Made by a program: the position numbers and the translations under genes
The notes under the pieces: model-generated
Database searches by the model: none
What the model saw: only the letters and a program-made list of their open reading frames with translations
What the model was told of the DNA's origin: nothing
Assembly (NCBI GenBank): GCA_051294375.1
Contig: CM119266.1
Location: 4,385,866-4,449,865 of the forward strand
Length of the DNA: 64,000 nt
Reading direction: 5' to 3'
Source: Paraspadella gotoi
Lineage: Eukaryota > Animalia > Chaetognatha
Shown here: piece by piece, positions 12,133-26,862 of the stretch
Layout of the letters: every line of letters starts with the position of its first letter
Position numbering within the stretch: the stretch's first letter is position 1

Positions 12133-13749
12133 NNNNNNNNNNNNNNNNNNNNNNNNNAAAGCGATAATAAAAGTTTTTAAAGAAAAAAAAAAGAGAGAAA
12201 GAGAGTAGAGAGAGAAAGAGAAAGAAGAGAGAGAGAGAAGCGGACAGCCGCGGGAACCGCCCGATGACCGCCGCTGCAGAACTGAACTCATTTTCGACGA
12301 TAAAATGAGTATAGGACGAACTCTATCCTTTCAATAAAAAAATATTACAAAATAAATATTTGAGTATAGAGCCATATAAAGAAAATTTTTGGTGACATAG
12401 AAGTAAACTCGAGAAAAATGCAATAAAATATTCATTGAGCATGTATCCCATTATCTATAATTTTCATTCACCCACATTTAGAGGCGAGCTACCCCTAATT
12501 CAGAAGAAAAAAACTTGATAAAGAGTCATAATATCTCTTTATCAAAGTTAAATAATAAATGATCCAAAAATCTATAAGTCCCTCATAACAAAAATATTAT
12601 AGTTGAAAATACCTGTAACGGGACTATGATATTTTGACTTCTACATATTTTATTTTCCTGCAGTTTAAAAAAATTTCAATCTTGAATTTGATAATTTTTG
12701 ATTGTTCTTTTTAGGAAGAAAACTCAGACCGAAATGTCAAATTTTAAATTATGCATATTTAATTAATTTATAAATAAGTATATCACAAACTCAAAAAATT
12801 ATTATTTTAAAAAAATAGATAATTTGTCCAATATTTTAATCTCCAATACGCAGGCATGGTAAACAGATTTCTTATTTTATTGTATTAATAATAAATATAA
12901 GCTTCTCATTAAAATTTTGATAGTTCCATTAAGTAGAGATTTTAAAACAAAAAATTATATTGAATTTCATCTTTTAGTATGACAACACTAACGACAAACT
13001 ATACAAACAACCTTAACTCTTTAAAACAATAATTTTAAACTCCTAAAATTCTTGATACACACTTAGTTCAAAATAGAAAGAAGTGACCACTTATGTGCGA
13101 GTTTCGACTAGTATATTGTTATTCCGAGCTAATTTCTTTTCCTCTTGATTATTAGCGTCGCGCGTTTCTCTGCTGTAACAAATGACTGTTATCTATATGC
13201 GTATTGTTTAATAATAAAATATCGCTGAATATCCCTATCTTATTTCTTTCTTTAATTACCTCACATATCAAAGTCATAACCAAAGAATATATGGAAAGCC
13301 CACAGAACGAAAACCAAGCAAAAAACACGCAACCTTCTATCAAAAACTAAATAAAAGACCGCTCTCTTCACAACAGAAATCTCAAAGCATGCCATGACAA
13401 TGAGAGCGCTGACCATTTTATTGGCTTCTGTGTCCGCTGTAAGAAAGGCGCGTCGCGAACTGCTCCCGACGCCCCGAACATGATGAAAGAACACTGCGGC
13501 CACACCCGCATGCGCCGATGTCCAGCCACCCTTGAATACCCCTAGATCTCTCCGCGCTTGGAAGCTCCACAGCAAAACCTTGACGACCAGGCGACGAGAA
13601 CCGGACTACGCGGCCACCATCCGAGTGATGCTCCTCCAAGTGCTCTGCGCCCCAATCACCATTGCCTCAAATCCTCTCCGCGCGAAAAGTCACTACATCT
13701 AGGCGCAGACCTTCCGCAAGCGACGCCGTCGCCTCGACCCTGGCTCTTC

Positions 13750-16700
13750 GCTTGCAACTGGTCACCAAGACCTTTTCGTTCTACTTCGCCTCACGAATTA
13801 TACCGCTGGCGACTTCCGCGTCTGTTCCCAGGCGCCGCGCTGCTCCTCATGCTGCCAACGTGGAACTCCCCAGTTGTGTCCTCAATGCTTTGATACGCGC
13901 CTGGTACTTGCTCTGCCCCAATCTCCCACATCGCGCCCTGCTTCCCGCTCCACCAAAAGTTCCAGCTGCCAACGCGAGTCTTAGTATACTCGAACCGCAT
14001 TTCACTCTTTCCCCAACTCCCAGTTTGCCTCTCTCGCCTCCACCTCCGCCCCGCCTCACGCGCGCCTTGCCAAAAGCTCCCACGTTTGAATCCAGCAATC
14101 GTCAAATCTGTGATACAGCGTTCAGCACAGCAGGCGTTTTGCTCAGCTGGCGTTCGACGACACCCAGTCCATATAGTCTAGTCATGTTTCTCAGCCGACT
14201 ATCCCTCTGAGCATCAGTCCTATTCGAGGACCGTCTACCTAACCTCCGCGGGCCGCACATTCGAGACTGAGCTCCAAAGAAAGGCTTTTCTTCACGTCTT
14301 GGTGAGAAGAAAGAGGCAACCGCGGCCCGCCGCTCTCAAACCCCAACCTCTCAATGGACGAACCCCATCTCAGCTCGCACCATATGGAAATCGACTTTCC
14401 TGAACTCGACATGCAAAACTCTCTTCAAAAGAAATTTGGCCAAACGCCCTTCCTCCTCATGAAGAAGCGTCGCACCATTACTGACTCAAAACTCCCTCAA
14501 AAGATGCTTGCTGAAGCGCTGACCGTTTACACAACGCCTGTAATCTCGGTGTATGTCAAAACCTCCTAACATGACATCAATCTCTCCGGGTGCATTGCCT
14601 GTATTAAGTGGCAACTACCGAAACCATCGAGGGAACCACGACGACAGACCATGAACTCCCACGCTCATACGCTGAAGTATGTGCCATGGCCTCAGCTCGT
14701 TCATCTCTGCGCAGAACGATCGAAAGCGTTCCCTATTCAACAAGCCCCTCAATACAACGATATTGGCACCCGAAATCCCAGAGCGCTCCCAGCTGCACAA
14801 CTCTGCTGGTTCTACTGCAAATTGGGATGAGGCCAAGGAGGTCGTTCAACCTATTCAGCGGGAAGACGAGGAAGCCGGCGGAGCCGGAAGTAAGCGCTGC
14901 CGCCGGCGAAATCGAAAATCTCGCTTCACTCCGCGATAACGCCAACGGCCTCACATGGCTAGTGGATACGGCGCCAGCGTCCTCTCGCGTCGCTTTCCCG
15001 AAAACTCTGCGCGAGAGCGAAACATTGAGTGGTAATCGTTGGACTAACCGCCACCGCCCCTCCATTCATGCGCCAACGGTGTGCGTCTCCCATTCCATTT
15101 ATGGCCACCGAAAGATGACGATTCGATTAGGTCGACGCAAATCGAACATGGGAAAAATTTCGTTATCGCGAGATTCTCTGTACGCCCATCTTAGAACGAC
15201 TTCTGAGGAGTACGAGCCTCGCGCCTTTCCCGAACATGAAGTGTTGGTCACTGCAAAATTTTTCCACTGTCGCCGGAAAAAATTCGCCAAGGCGCCATTC
15301 GTGTAAAACACCGTTCACAATGTCTACACCCAGATGCTCGAGCAACGCCAGGCACTGACAACACCCCCTCCTTCACCCATCAACCCCAGAGACCACTGAT
15401 AGAAAAATCACTGAACACCTTCAATACCTTACGGTTAGGACCACTCAGTTGAACACGCACAAAGCCCGCCCTACTTTAGCCCTCAGACAAGCTCGGGCGG
15501 TGTACAAGCCCTTTTCGTAAAAGCTTGGAGAATCTGTTTTTATGGCATCTTCAGGCTGATTAGTCGCAGTGCTTAGGCTTCTTCACCTACATGTCGTAAA
15601 GAAGCCCCAGATGTCAGCCAGTCGAGTGCATGCGTGAACTTATCTGGCCTCGTCTCCACACCCCCTCGTCATCAAAGCGCAATGACCGATACCCAATAAG
15701 GACACATCGACCGACTTCAAACGCCGAGACTTGGTGCCACAAAAAAGGTCTTTTCAAACAATCCAATCTTTCAACGTTCTCCCCCTCTTTCACAATCCAT
15801 ACCATCAAGATCCACACGTCCACCCAGCTCCGTCTGAGTAGACGCCATCCATCACACCTATTGCGATCCATGGAACTACCTCCGCCACCCCATTCCTGCC
15901 TCAAAAATGCCAGCACAGCGATTTCCCTTACGCATGATGGAGCAATCCCTGCAGGGCCATCCCCCTCATCGATGCGTCTTGTTACACTTAGCCACATTCT
16001 CTCAGTCCGCCTCTCCCCCGGCATCCAACAGGAGCAACACATAGAGATGTCCATAAATCGAGCTCCGATGCCCCGAAAACTAAGAACGGCCTCATATGCT
16101 GAACACAGGCACACAACGCTCTGTTTTGGCTTCCAATCTACACTGGAGTTCCTGGATACCACTTCGATGCCCCGCGCGAAGTTAAACTATTGCCATCATC
16201 GCGCTGCTGACATCCGCAATTTTCCGAACGCCCAAACGACATTAAGGAACTCCAGCGTCTTTCCTCCGGCAAACAGTTCTAACTATTACAGCCACGCTTC
16301 ATGCCTCTTACCCCCCCCACCATCCTCGAGCCCCTCTACGACTCACCTCCCGAGCAAGCCCAAAACGACTGCAATGGACCGAAACCACCACGCCCCGCAT
16401 CCCCCACGGCCAGCCAAAAACCCCCCCTCGACAGACGGCCACCCATCTCTGTGATGCAACCCCAATTCGACGTCATCGCGTCTCGCTCTCTTGCTCCTTT
16501 CATTTTTCTTAATCCGTTCTTTGGAAATAAAATAATCTCGCCTTCTGTCTCTCCACTAATTCTATATCCGCGGAATCTTCATATTCCCCAAAAATGAGGT
16601 CCGCTCTCTCTCTCGTGTTCCTTAATGTTTTAACTTTCTGTCATTTTTGCTTTTCGAGCATGCCCTTTTGAGGTGTTGTTTAATTGCGCGAATTGAGCAG

Positions 16701-18910
16701 AAACCACTGGTATTCTTTTACTCCCCTCGATCCCCGCGTGCTTCGGACCTAATTGCCAAGTGCCTTTTGACCGTTTTTGATCCTGTCGATTACTTTCTTG
16801 CGAGCCTTTCGCGTCGCTTCTTCTCTATTATTTTCGCCCGTCACTATTTTCTTGTATACTGCCGACGCGCCCCTTGTGCGTGCTGCTTTGCCAAGATCAG
16901 CAACAGTTTAGTCCCCCGTCCATTAAAAAAAATTTATAACGTCAAAAAAATAAACTGAGCCTCAAAACTACATGAGGAACAAATCTTTGTATCAGCTTGG
17001 TGCCGCGCGTCGATAGACGGTAAATAACAAACAGATTTGCTTTTTGCTATACTTATTATTTTATCAAACGTATGGAAGGCAACAAAGCCAAAAAAAGTGA
17101 GTTGTTAATGCTGAATCCCCTCCTTCTGCGTTATGGAATATTTTGATTAATACAGCCCCCAGCTAGGTCACACTGCCAGCAGCACCACTCTGGAGGCTAC
17201 AATCCAACTCAATCACAACCACATGGCAAACAGATTTTACTCTTTAGGGACGGACCAAATCAATGACCCTGAACAACATCGCCCTTCTCGCAGACGCACA
17301 TAACCTCTTATGCGTTTCTCAGAAATTCAAGGTGATGGTCCCCCAAAAGAAAACCAATAGCTCTCCACGTCATAGTGGTCGCGGACGCATCAGCTTGGTA
17401 AGCCCAACACTCTCGGCGTCGCAACAAAAATATTCACGGCAATTCAATACAGCGTTCTTCTACATATGTTCCTGGGAGTGTAGCAAATAGCAACAAAAAA
17501 GCTTGTTTGAAGATCCTCTCGAACAAAAAAAAATTGACAGCCGATCACACGTGCCTGCACCAAAACGGACATAGACAGAAATAGATCATACGGCTCCCAA
17601 TGAGCATCAACGTTAGCCAAAAGAATGCTCACAAGGATAATTCCACAACTACACAGACTCCACTGCCAAAAACGAAAATTCAAACACCACCAGAGCAGCA
17701 AACGGGACCGTTTATATAAGCACGTCACTCCCATATTGATCTGTGGACCAAAGTCTTAGGCGCCAGAATCAGCAAGGCCGACAAAACCACCTTTTAACTT
17801 GCAATGAACCAGGAGATAGTATAGCCCGTTGCCAGAGAGGCTTAAATCACCCATACGCAAGAACAACCTCCTACATGCCTACAGTTGCTGCTGCTTTTTC
17901 CTTCGCAAAATGCCATTGCACGATTTTGGAAGATTCCTGCTACAGTCGACTACCTACGTGGAATCCAATTTACGTCCGAAAAATCAGAGCACCACGACTT
18001 TCAGGAAATCGTGCGGCTTTTCTAACACTAGGCAACAAGACCACAGCCTCCCTACCAATCTCCCTCCAAAGCTTCAAACCGTGTCTGCTGACAAAAAGAA
18101 AAAATAAAGATGGCACAGGATCCTAAAAGCATCCTAAAAGCTCGCTGCGATGGCCGCAGCAGACAAAGTGGACATCACAACTTCCTTGGTTGCTTTGCTT
18201 ACCTCGAACACCATAAAAGACATTGAATGCTCGCCGGCTGAACTTGGCGAAGGGTGACAGCACTCACAATCCCCAGAGCGAGCACTTGGCCCATCTCCCC
18301 AAAGCAGATACCGATGCCACCAACGAGCTGAAATGCTGCAAAAAATCTAAGAATGAAGTCGCTCTATGAGCACCACTCCAGCTTCTGCCTCGTCCTTTGA
18401 CAACAACAGAATCCCAAACTCTCCTGGAATGCACGAATTTGTCTCCTTCACGATCCGGCAAATGCTGAGCATTGCAGCACCCTATGTAGGTCCATTCCGA
18501 GGTCATCCAGAAGAGGCACACGATTTGACTCTGGACATTCCTGACGCGGACCCGACACGAGTCACAATTGACAAGAGTCAAACCAGCTGCCATCGACTCA
18601 ACAAACCCACAAAACCACCCCAAGCTCAAAAAGGGCGGACACGCAAAGCAATACCCATTCCATTATACAAGATTCCATCACCCTTCAAAAATAAACTCCA
18701 GACCACTGAATCAGAGTCTCCAAACCCAACCGGCCAGCCCTTCACCTCACCGCGCGATGCATCGACCTCCACGTGCAAGGTCTCTCCCTACCGGATTCAA
18801 CCACCAAGAGCAGTGAAACAACTTCCCTCCCCCGCATAGTTTGTTCCCACCGGACGAGATATGAGCACAATCGCACATGAAGATGCTGACAGGCCTTGGG
18901 CGATATTCGG
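13750..18910 (+). mobile_element. Ty3/Gypsy LTR retrotransposon internal region, CsRn1-like (gag-pro-RT-RNase H-INT), heavily frameshifted; LTRs not identifiable
   Basis: Motifs occur in the correct order across frames. Gag K.PTF ~14073; CHCC-type knuckle LCWF.CK.G..AK...QP 14801-14860. Protease NGLTWLVDT(G)A ~14945-14975. RT: LHVVKKP ~15585, NDRYP ~15680, PF.LKNA ~15890, CFG...LEFL ~16120-16155, KELQR..NYY..FMP..ILEPLY ~16243-16340. RNase H: QKPLVFF ~16700, RH.FLVY ~16840. Integrase: HIDL.GP ~17732, HLLTC ~17788, RFG.PA...RGIQFTSE ~17922-17980, KWTSQLPWLL..DIECSPAEL ~18165-18246, APYVGPFR..LTLDI..VTID.RVKPA ~18477-18590. Confidence 0.85.
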
Positions 18911-20254
18911 TGACAACACAACGACACAGCAACAACGCCTAAACGACCTAAACTTCACCTAAATCCCGCCTACACTTAAGGTCAACTAGTTAATTTCACC
19001 ACTAGATTCTTTCGACTCTTATTGGTTATTTTTACTATTGTCTTTTCTCTTTTTGTTAAGTGTCGTTTTTCTCTCTCGAAAATGATTTGATCGATTACAT
19101 GTTTAAATAAAATTCGTGAACGGTCTTCTTTATTTTCTTCTTATAATCCTATCAAGCATTACTCAATCTTCAATAATATATATCCTGCATATGTAAATAG
19201 ATATAAAGCATTTCTATATAAAATATTTGATGATCGAGAGTCAATTGAGTACTATAATCTAGACCATAATCGAATGTAAATCAAATAAAGTTTTTATATA
19301 TCTTAAATTAATGTAATATGAAAATATCAAAATATTTCAAGATAGAGAAACCATATCTAAATTTTTATACTCTACTATGAATGCACACTATTTGTAAAAA
19401 ACTTTATCATAATCATATAATTTTTATTAAAAAAAGACGGTAAGTCACAGCCAAACCTATAAAAGCGGATTAGTTTTTATTTAAAAACAGTCGTGACGGC
19501 GACGACGACGACGACGAGAAGACTACGACCAAAGGAGCTCATCCGAAATCTAATATCAAGCCTGAACCGGTTCGCGGTCATGGCTGATAAAAAGAGGTCA
19601 CAATCTTTGATTTTTATTTTGGCGAAAGAGATTATATACGATCTTATTATTTTGTTCGATGATTGTTTTTGAAACAGGTTTACGCATATCTCTCTCTGCT
19701 CTCTCACTTCTCTCTCTCTCTCTCTCTCATCTACTATCTATCTCTCTCTCGCTTCTACACTCTCTCTCCAATTAAGTTATAAATTTTTCATAAACAAAAA
19801 AATATGTTAAGACTGAGACAAATGGGAAGGATATCAAGAAGTCAGTATCACTTCTCATCCTCAATATTCGTTATATTTATTGTTGTTGGGTTGTTGTTGT
19901 CGTCATCCTCATTGAGACCGATCTAACGACCTCTGACGACCGTGAAGCGAAACGAATCCGGGACGAATTTGAGTCCTCTTGATTTAATTTTTTTAATTTT
20001 GAGATCATCTAATTGCCTGTCTCTGACTCGTCAGTTGCTCCTCTCATCTCTCTACTCTCTCTCCTCTCTCTCTCTCTCTCCTCCTCATCTCTCTCTCTCT
20101 TCTCTTCTCTCTCTCTTCTCTCTTCTTTCTCAAGACTCATCTACTTCATGGCTTTAGTTCGTCTCGTAGAATTATTTTCATCTATTTTTTTTTTTTTCTG
20201 TTTTCGTATCTTTCTCGCGTGTCTTTTCGTGTTCTTTCGTTCTTTCTTTCCTTC

Positions 20255-20295
<41 letters not shown>

Positions 20296-23200
20296 TTTCT
20301 TTCCTTTCTTTCTTCTTTTTTTCTTATTTCTTCTTTTTTCCCTTTTTCTCTATCTTCTCCTTTTTAAATGCGTGGTTATCTTTTACTTTTAAGCGTGATC
20401 ATCTCTCAGGGACACACTCTCCGTCTCTCCCTCGCTCTCTCTCTCTCTCTCTTTTCTCCTCTCTCTTCTCCTCTTCTATCTACCTTCCCACTCCTTATTT
20501 CCGTCACCGGAACAAACACTTCTCACCTGCGTAAATCTTTCATCTTACAAGACAAAAAATTCATCCTTCTCCTACTCTTCTCTCTTAACCCAAAATTTAG
20601 ATAATGAGATCGAATAAAGAGAATAAAGCCAGAAACCAGGATTTTCTATGTAAACATTAATCTTATTTATATATACCTCCTTTATATCTCAATTATCATA
20701 CATAATTATAATAAGAAATTTTATGCTACAATTATTCGCTAAATTATAGTATCCAATGTTTATACAACCCTAATTCCGCTACTCTTTCATTTACGTGTAG
20801 AAAGATACTGATATATATAAAAGTATTACTATTTATTATATATTATGCCCTCTGTAAAACATAAATCGCACAAAAACAAAAATATATTGAAATATGGTCA
20901 AAAAAATTATATTACTTAGTACTTGTCATATCATCGGCACAGATTTTAATAGATTTATTAAAATTAATACATATTAGTATAAAACTCTCCTGCAAAAGAC
21001 AGTGCGCACTTAAATCAATGGAGAAAGATAGCACAAAAATAAGACCACGACGAGAAAAAAAGATGAAATATAATGAAAGCCAATAGAACAGACGAAAGAT
21101 TATAGTCAATTATATATAAAAAGAAGTGAATGGCAAGCTAAGAAACCACAAAACCTAGTACAAAGACAGGAAAGAGACAAAGATAAAACTATTAATTATA
21201 TCGAAGTGGGAAAGAATTGGTAATTTCGTGATTTAGGTGTACCAATTTGCGAGGAGTGCGAAAGACGAACCCATGTATTTATAAAACTTGAATCAGATAA
21301 GACAATAGAACCAAAATATATAGAATAGAAAAAAAAAGAATTGCGGAGTATGCAAGCACCAGAAATTACAAACTAGGAACAAGAAGTCTCTCTCATTTCC
21401 TCGTCGCCGAACTCTCATTTCTCTACGTATAGCAAACCCTACTCTATCTTTTCTCTCATACGCAACCTCAGACATCACTTCTACTACGCCTTCTTATTTT
21501 TCCGGATACTAATGCTAACATATGAAAGCATTAGAGGAGAGTGAAAATTTAATAGTGAACAAACTGACAATGTCACACGACACACAAGATAATGAAATAT
21601 GCAAGCGCGGAACTATAAATGCAAGAACAAAGGAGAAGCGCAATTACCAGACAAAAATAAAAAGAAAATAACAAATTTTTAATTATTAAAAAGATCAGAG
21701 GGTAAATTATACAATATAAAATCTATCGAATGAACGCAGAAACTCTTTCTAGTTATCAGGATGATTAGCAAAAGAAACGTATAGGAATGGGAGAGAAAGA
21801 AACAAGAAAAACTCGAGACTCAAAACAAGAAAAACCAAGAAAAACTCGAGGGAACCGAGCGAGAAGGCGAAAGCGAAGGGCGAAGAGACGAGGAGAGGAA
21901 GAGAACGAGAGAGAGAGAGAAGGATAGAAGAGAGAGAGGAGAGAGAGAAGAGAAGAGAGAGGGAAGACGAGGACATGAAGAGAGAGATGAGAGAGAAGAG
22001 ATGGTCGCATCAAAAAATTCGTATCCTTATGTAACTCGACATGAATATATCTCCCCCTGTCATAGTCGTTTTCCTTTTGCTCTTTTTCTTTTTCCAATTA
22101 TTTTTCCATTTGCTTTTTTTTTTTCTTTTTTAGCTCCGGCGTCAATTACTTATTTCTCGCGGGTGTTTCAGGAGATCAGGGGAAAAAAAAGGATGCGATT
22201 TGGATACCTTACGTGTCGCCGGGTTTAACGAGGAGAGTCCTTCCTCCCGACATTATTTGATGAACTTGCTGTTCAACTTTTGAGAAAAAAAATTAAGCAA
22301 ACGAAATTCTAAAAAAGAGACCAAATAAAATAACTAACTAGACCAGAAACTGAAAAGCAAAAATAACCAAAAACATTAAAAGTAAAAAAATTTCAAGATA
22401 GTTCAGAGAGATGACATCTAAAAAACGACTAAAAGTCAAAGGGACGTCCCGATTGATAGCAATACACAAAAGTTTTTATTCTCATGCAACCTCTCTCGCA
22501 CGCTAGATGTTCCGAAACTCCACGCATCCTCACAAATCTGACGCCCTTCTCGGGGAGACTCCCGCACGCGCGGAACCTTCTTGATTTTTTAGTTCCAAAA
22601 CTACGGCGTCTTTTTTCCGTAAAGAAGAGGGAATAAAAGTAGGAATCAAGAGAGCCGAAAGAAAAAAAAAAAAAGAGAGAGAAGATCATTTTATACTTTT
22701 CCGTTTTCTTTTAGTTTTCTTTTTCTTTGACTTTTGGACGTACACGACACTCATCGATCAGCAGAAACCGGAAATTGTCCATTAGGAGCTGGAAGAACCT
22801 AGCGCCGAAACCGGCGAAGAGAGAGAGAGAGAGAGAGAGGAAGACGATTAGAATTTATGAATGAAAGACAGAGAGTCGATGAGAATGGATGTAGAAATAG
22901 GAGCGAAAGAAGAGTCGAGAGGAGGTTGAAAAGAGAGATCTTGATTTCATAAACCGAGTAGTATCTCTTCCATCGGCGAATAATCCATCGACGATCTTTA
23001 TTCAAAATAAGGCAAACACCGCCTTCCAAATTTAAACGTTTGAAACTATTGGTGACCCGCGTCTGACGTCAAAACCTAGCTTAGGACCACATTCTAACCC
23101 GCTGTGATCGAACATTCCAAAGCGGACAAAAAGCGGCGAGGTACTGCTTAGAAGAAGAATGCCTAATTTTACTTGTAACGCCTCTAGAGCGTGTATATAT

Positions 23201-24185
23201 TGAGCAAACAAAATGGAGCAATAGCATGACAATATAAAAAAATAGAAAGCTATGGATGCACACCTGACATATAGAAGTCAAAAAAAATCAAAAAAAAGGG
23301 AAGTCATCCGTATTAATCGTGAAATAAACAAAACATAAGAACACAAGAGGAAAACATCGACGCGCCTCCTGTATTACTAAAACAAAAACACAACCATGAC
23401 AGCGCACAAAACGCCCTAATGATCTAAAGTCTCTACGCTTTTCTCCACATTCCTTTATCTTCCTATCCTGCGTGCCTGCCATAAGTATCCTCCCCCAGCT
23501 CCGCTCCTCCTGACTCCGTCTCGTACGCACTCAGCGCAGTTTACCCGACCGTGCTATCTACGCGGGCGCAGGAGCCAGCCTCCGTCCTCAATAAGATTTT
23601 GCACACCCAAGACCCTTCTTCGATCTCCGGCGCACCTGATGTACCCAACAGTATTCTGCCATCACGGAAGCCACCCCGGATCGACGTAGAGATTAGAAGA
23701 GTAATAAGAGCGAAGGTGTCTGTAGGCGTAGAATCTTCTGAATTTCAGTAGTGTTCTTCCGTCTAGGGGTTATGAGGATACAACTGGGGATGGGTGGAGA
23801 TAAGATTCTCAACAGGATAGTCCGCGTCAGGATTCTTACGATCTTTCATGGCTGCTTAGAACGCCAAATGTTGCACAAGTACGATATAATGGAGGTCTGA
23901 AAGACCATCAGTACTTTCTTCCCTCCATAGAAGCTGGCTATCCTTAGGACAAATAGAAGCACATACCACGATGGCTTCGTTGATTACTTACCCAGAGTGG
24001 TGCGGCGTATCTTATTATTAACAGTAGAATCCACCAACTTTGGAATGAACACGATTTATATAAATAGATCATAGGAGATTGCTTTACCTCTCACGCCTAC
24101 GCCGCGTCCGGCTCATCCTCATACCTCGTCTTAAGACAAGTTAAACTCGGACGTTAAGGGTAAAACCATGCTCTTAATGGACCAG

Positions 24186-25047
24186 AGGAACTTCCCGTCG
24201 CGAATATGTTGTTGTTTTTGTCAAGTCTCTCAGATATCAGTTACTCCCTACCTTCCAATCCGTTTCTATCACAATGTTATCAACCAAATTTCATTATTTG
24301 TAGAATAAATAAACAGTTAAACAATCTTCAGCGGTCGATTATCGTTTCAAAAATCTCTTTAAAAATCTTTCCGTTCTGCTTTTCCCCCACCGTTTCTCAT
24401 TCATCAGTCATCAGTCCGTCCCTAATTTATCCTCGGCCCAATAACGTGTCTCATGTTCAGTTAACCGTCCGCTTTAAGGCCCGGTCGTCCGCCTTGGTAA
24501 GTCCCCGTTCACCTTTAACTGATCATTTTCCCGAAAATCTCTGATTGTGTCCTCGAAATACTCCTTTTTTTTTTGTCTTTCGTCCAAAAAAACATTTTTC
24601 GAGAGAAAATTCCAAGGGAAAAAAAAAAAAAAAAAAAGGAAAAAAAAGAAAAACTAGCCCGAATCCTTTTGGGTGAAAGAATTAATCTTTTTTTTTTTCT
24701 TTAAATCCCGACAGGAATGCCAGCGGCACGCGAGGTCGGGATGGCGGCGCGTCCAGGCCGCGGCGGCGCGGTGGGGGGGGGGGGGAGGGGGGACGGGCCG
24801 CGAAAAAAAAAAAAAGAAGAGGGATTCCAAAGAAAGGGAAGAAAGAAGGAAAATCAACAACAAAAAAATTCGAAAAAGAAAAAAAAAGAAAAAAGAAAAA
24901 CAAAAAAAAAAAAAAAAAAAAAAAAAAAATAAGGGGGTTTTTTTTTTTTTGGCCGAAATTGGGTTCTCTGTCTCGCTATTCGCGTTTCGGACGATGGTAG
25001 TACGACGAAATTCCGATTGCTCCTCTCTCCTTCCTCCTCTCTCTCTC

Positions 25048-25092
<45 letters not shown>

Positions 25093-25206
25093 GTCCACGC
25101 CGACGTGACGACTGAGACCCCCGACGCTTATTATGGTGGAAAAAAAATTAACGCGGGTAACATTCCGGGGATTTACGAAGAGAGAGACAAGAGAAGAGGA
25201 GAGGGG

Positions 25207-25242
<36 letters not shown>

Positions 25243-26635
25243 AGAAGGAGAGAGAGGAGAGGAGAGAGAGAGGAGAGAGAGAAGAGGAGAGAGAGAGTTC
25301 CAGGGTCAGATCCGATGGGTCTGGGTCAGGTTGTGGGATGAGAAGAGGAATATTCAGTTAGTGTTTTTTTGTAGCAAAAAGAGAAATCGCGAAAAAACTC
25401 AAGCTGCGCTGGACGACGCGACGATGACGACGACGGACGACGGACGACGACGACCGACGGGACAAACGATCGACGACAACGACGACGACAAGCTCTGGTA
25501 TCTGGAGGCGGATTTCCAGGCCAGAGCCAGAGAAGGCCTCTCTCTCTTGTCCAGGGGAGTCGGATTCATTCGTCTCAATCGCTTTAGTTCGTTCTCCACC
25601 AGGAAGAGAGAGAAGAGAGAGAGAGAGAGAAGAGAGAAAGAGAGAAGCAGAGAAAGAGATCAAGTTCCATCGTCAAAGAAACAAACTTCTTTTTCTCAAA
25701 TTTTAATTGCATTATGTGTTCTTAAATAATTCAACAGGAAACTTGAGAAGCTAGGCGTTTTGTTATAGAAGCGACCGGCGATTAGTCTGTGCAACTGGGC
25801 GATCGGTTAATGGCAACTGGCGATTGGTGCTATGGCAAAATTGATTGGTTCAATGGCAATTGACGATGAGTCAACCAGTCATTGGTGATTGTTAACTGGG
25901 CAAAACTGGCGATCGGTTAATAGCTCAGTCAATTGTTTTAAAAAGCGACTGGCGAATTCCGGATAATCATTTCCGTCCACATCGACGAGCACGACTCGAC
26001 GACGACGACGACAACGAGCGAACAACACCGAACAACGACATAGTGACGCGAACAAAATGTTTCAAAATGAAAAAAAAGCTTTTTTAGTCAAATTAAAACG
26101 CATTTTTGTCGATTACTTTAACTTTTACGCACGATTAGTAAAACCGCGCGAGCAAGAAAAAATGATGAAGAACAGCGACGATATTTAAATGAGAGAGTGT
26201 CTAAGAGGGATCAAATAGGGGCTATATTAAATTAAATTAACATTAATAATTAAATTAAATTCAAATTATTAAATTCTTAAGATCAAAACCCGAAGTCATT
26301 CGCAGACAGAGGGAGACGGAGTCATTCGTAAAGACGGCGATTCGGACACCAAATGCGACATCAATTGGACGCCGGACAGTCCGCATCGAAGTTGAGTGAT
26401 GAATGATGAAACCTGAAAAGTTGATTGCAAAGTTTTGGTGTGGAATTTGTTGTGGAATAGAAGGTAGCGAGTTTCTGGTCGGAACTGGCAAATCGCGACG
26501 GCCGGCGCGAGTGCGCATTTAGTGCATTTTTAACTGGCAGATATTAATTTGTAGTTTATCCGCTTGCGATGGTTAAAAGTTTGTAGTCCGTCACAAAGAG
26601 GCTCGAATATAGCACGCACCCTGCAAAATTCCCTA
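24186..26635 (+). repeat. Second copy of 9835-12132
   Basis: Colinear match; both copies give the same ORFs in the track (e.g. MPAAREVG..., MENELKRLRRMNP...). Confidence 0.9.
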
Positions 26636-26818
26636 AACTCCTCATTCGCCCTGCAAAATTCACTAATCGTCGTCTCGTCGTCGTCGTCGTCGTCGTCGTC
26701 GTGCGTCTCGTCGCAAATATTAATTAAAATTATCTTCTCCTCCAACGAATCGAAGAAGGAATTGGAGCGGAAAATAGTGACAAACAAAAAGAAGGAGAAA
26801 GAGAGAGAATAAAGAGAG

Positions 26819-26862
<44 letters not shown>

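Noticed and set aside
23048-24180. tggtgacccg as the PBS of a second LTR element
   Set aside because: No recognisable gag or pol motifs downstream; the sequence looks like low-quality read.
9835-26635. 2.3-kb direct repeats as the LTRs of the Gypsy element
   Set aside because: No TG..CA ends, they lie ~1.6 and ~5 kb from the coding region, they are microsatellite-laden host-like DNA, and they differ by read-type indels.
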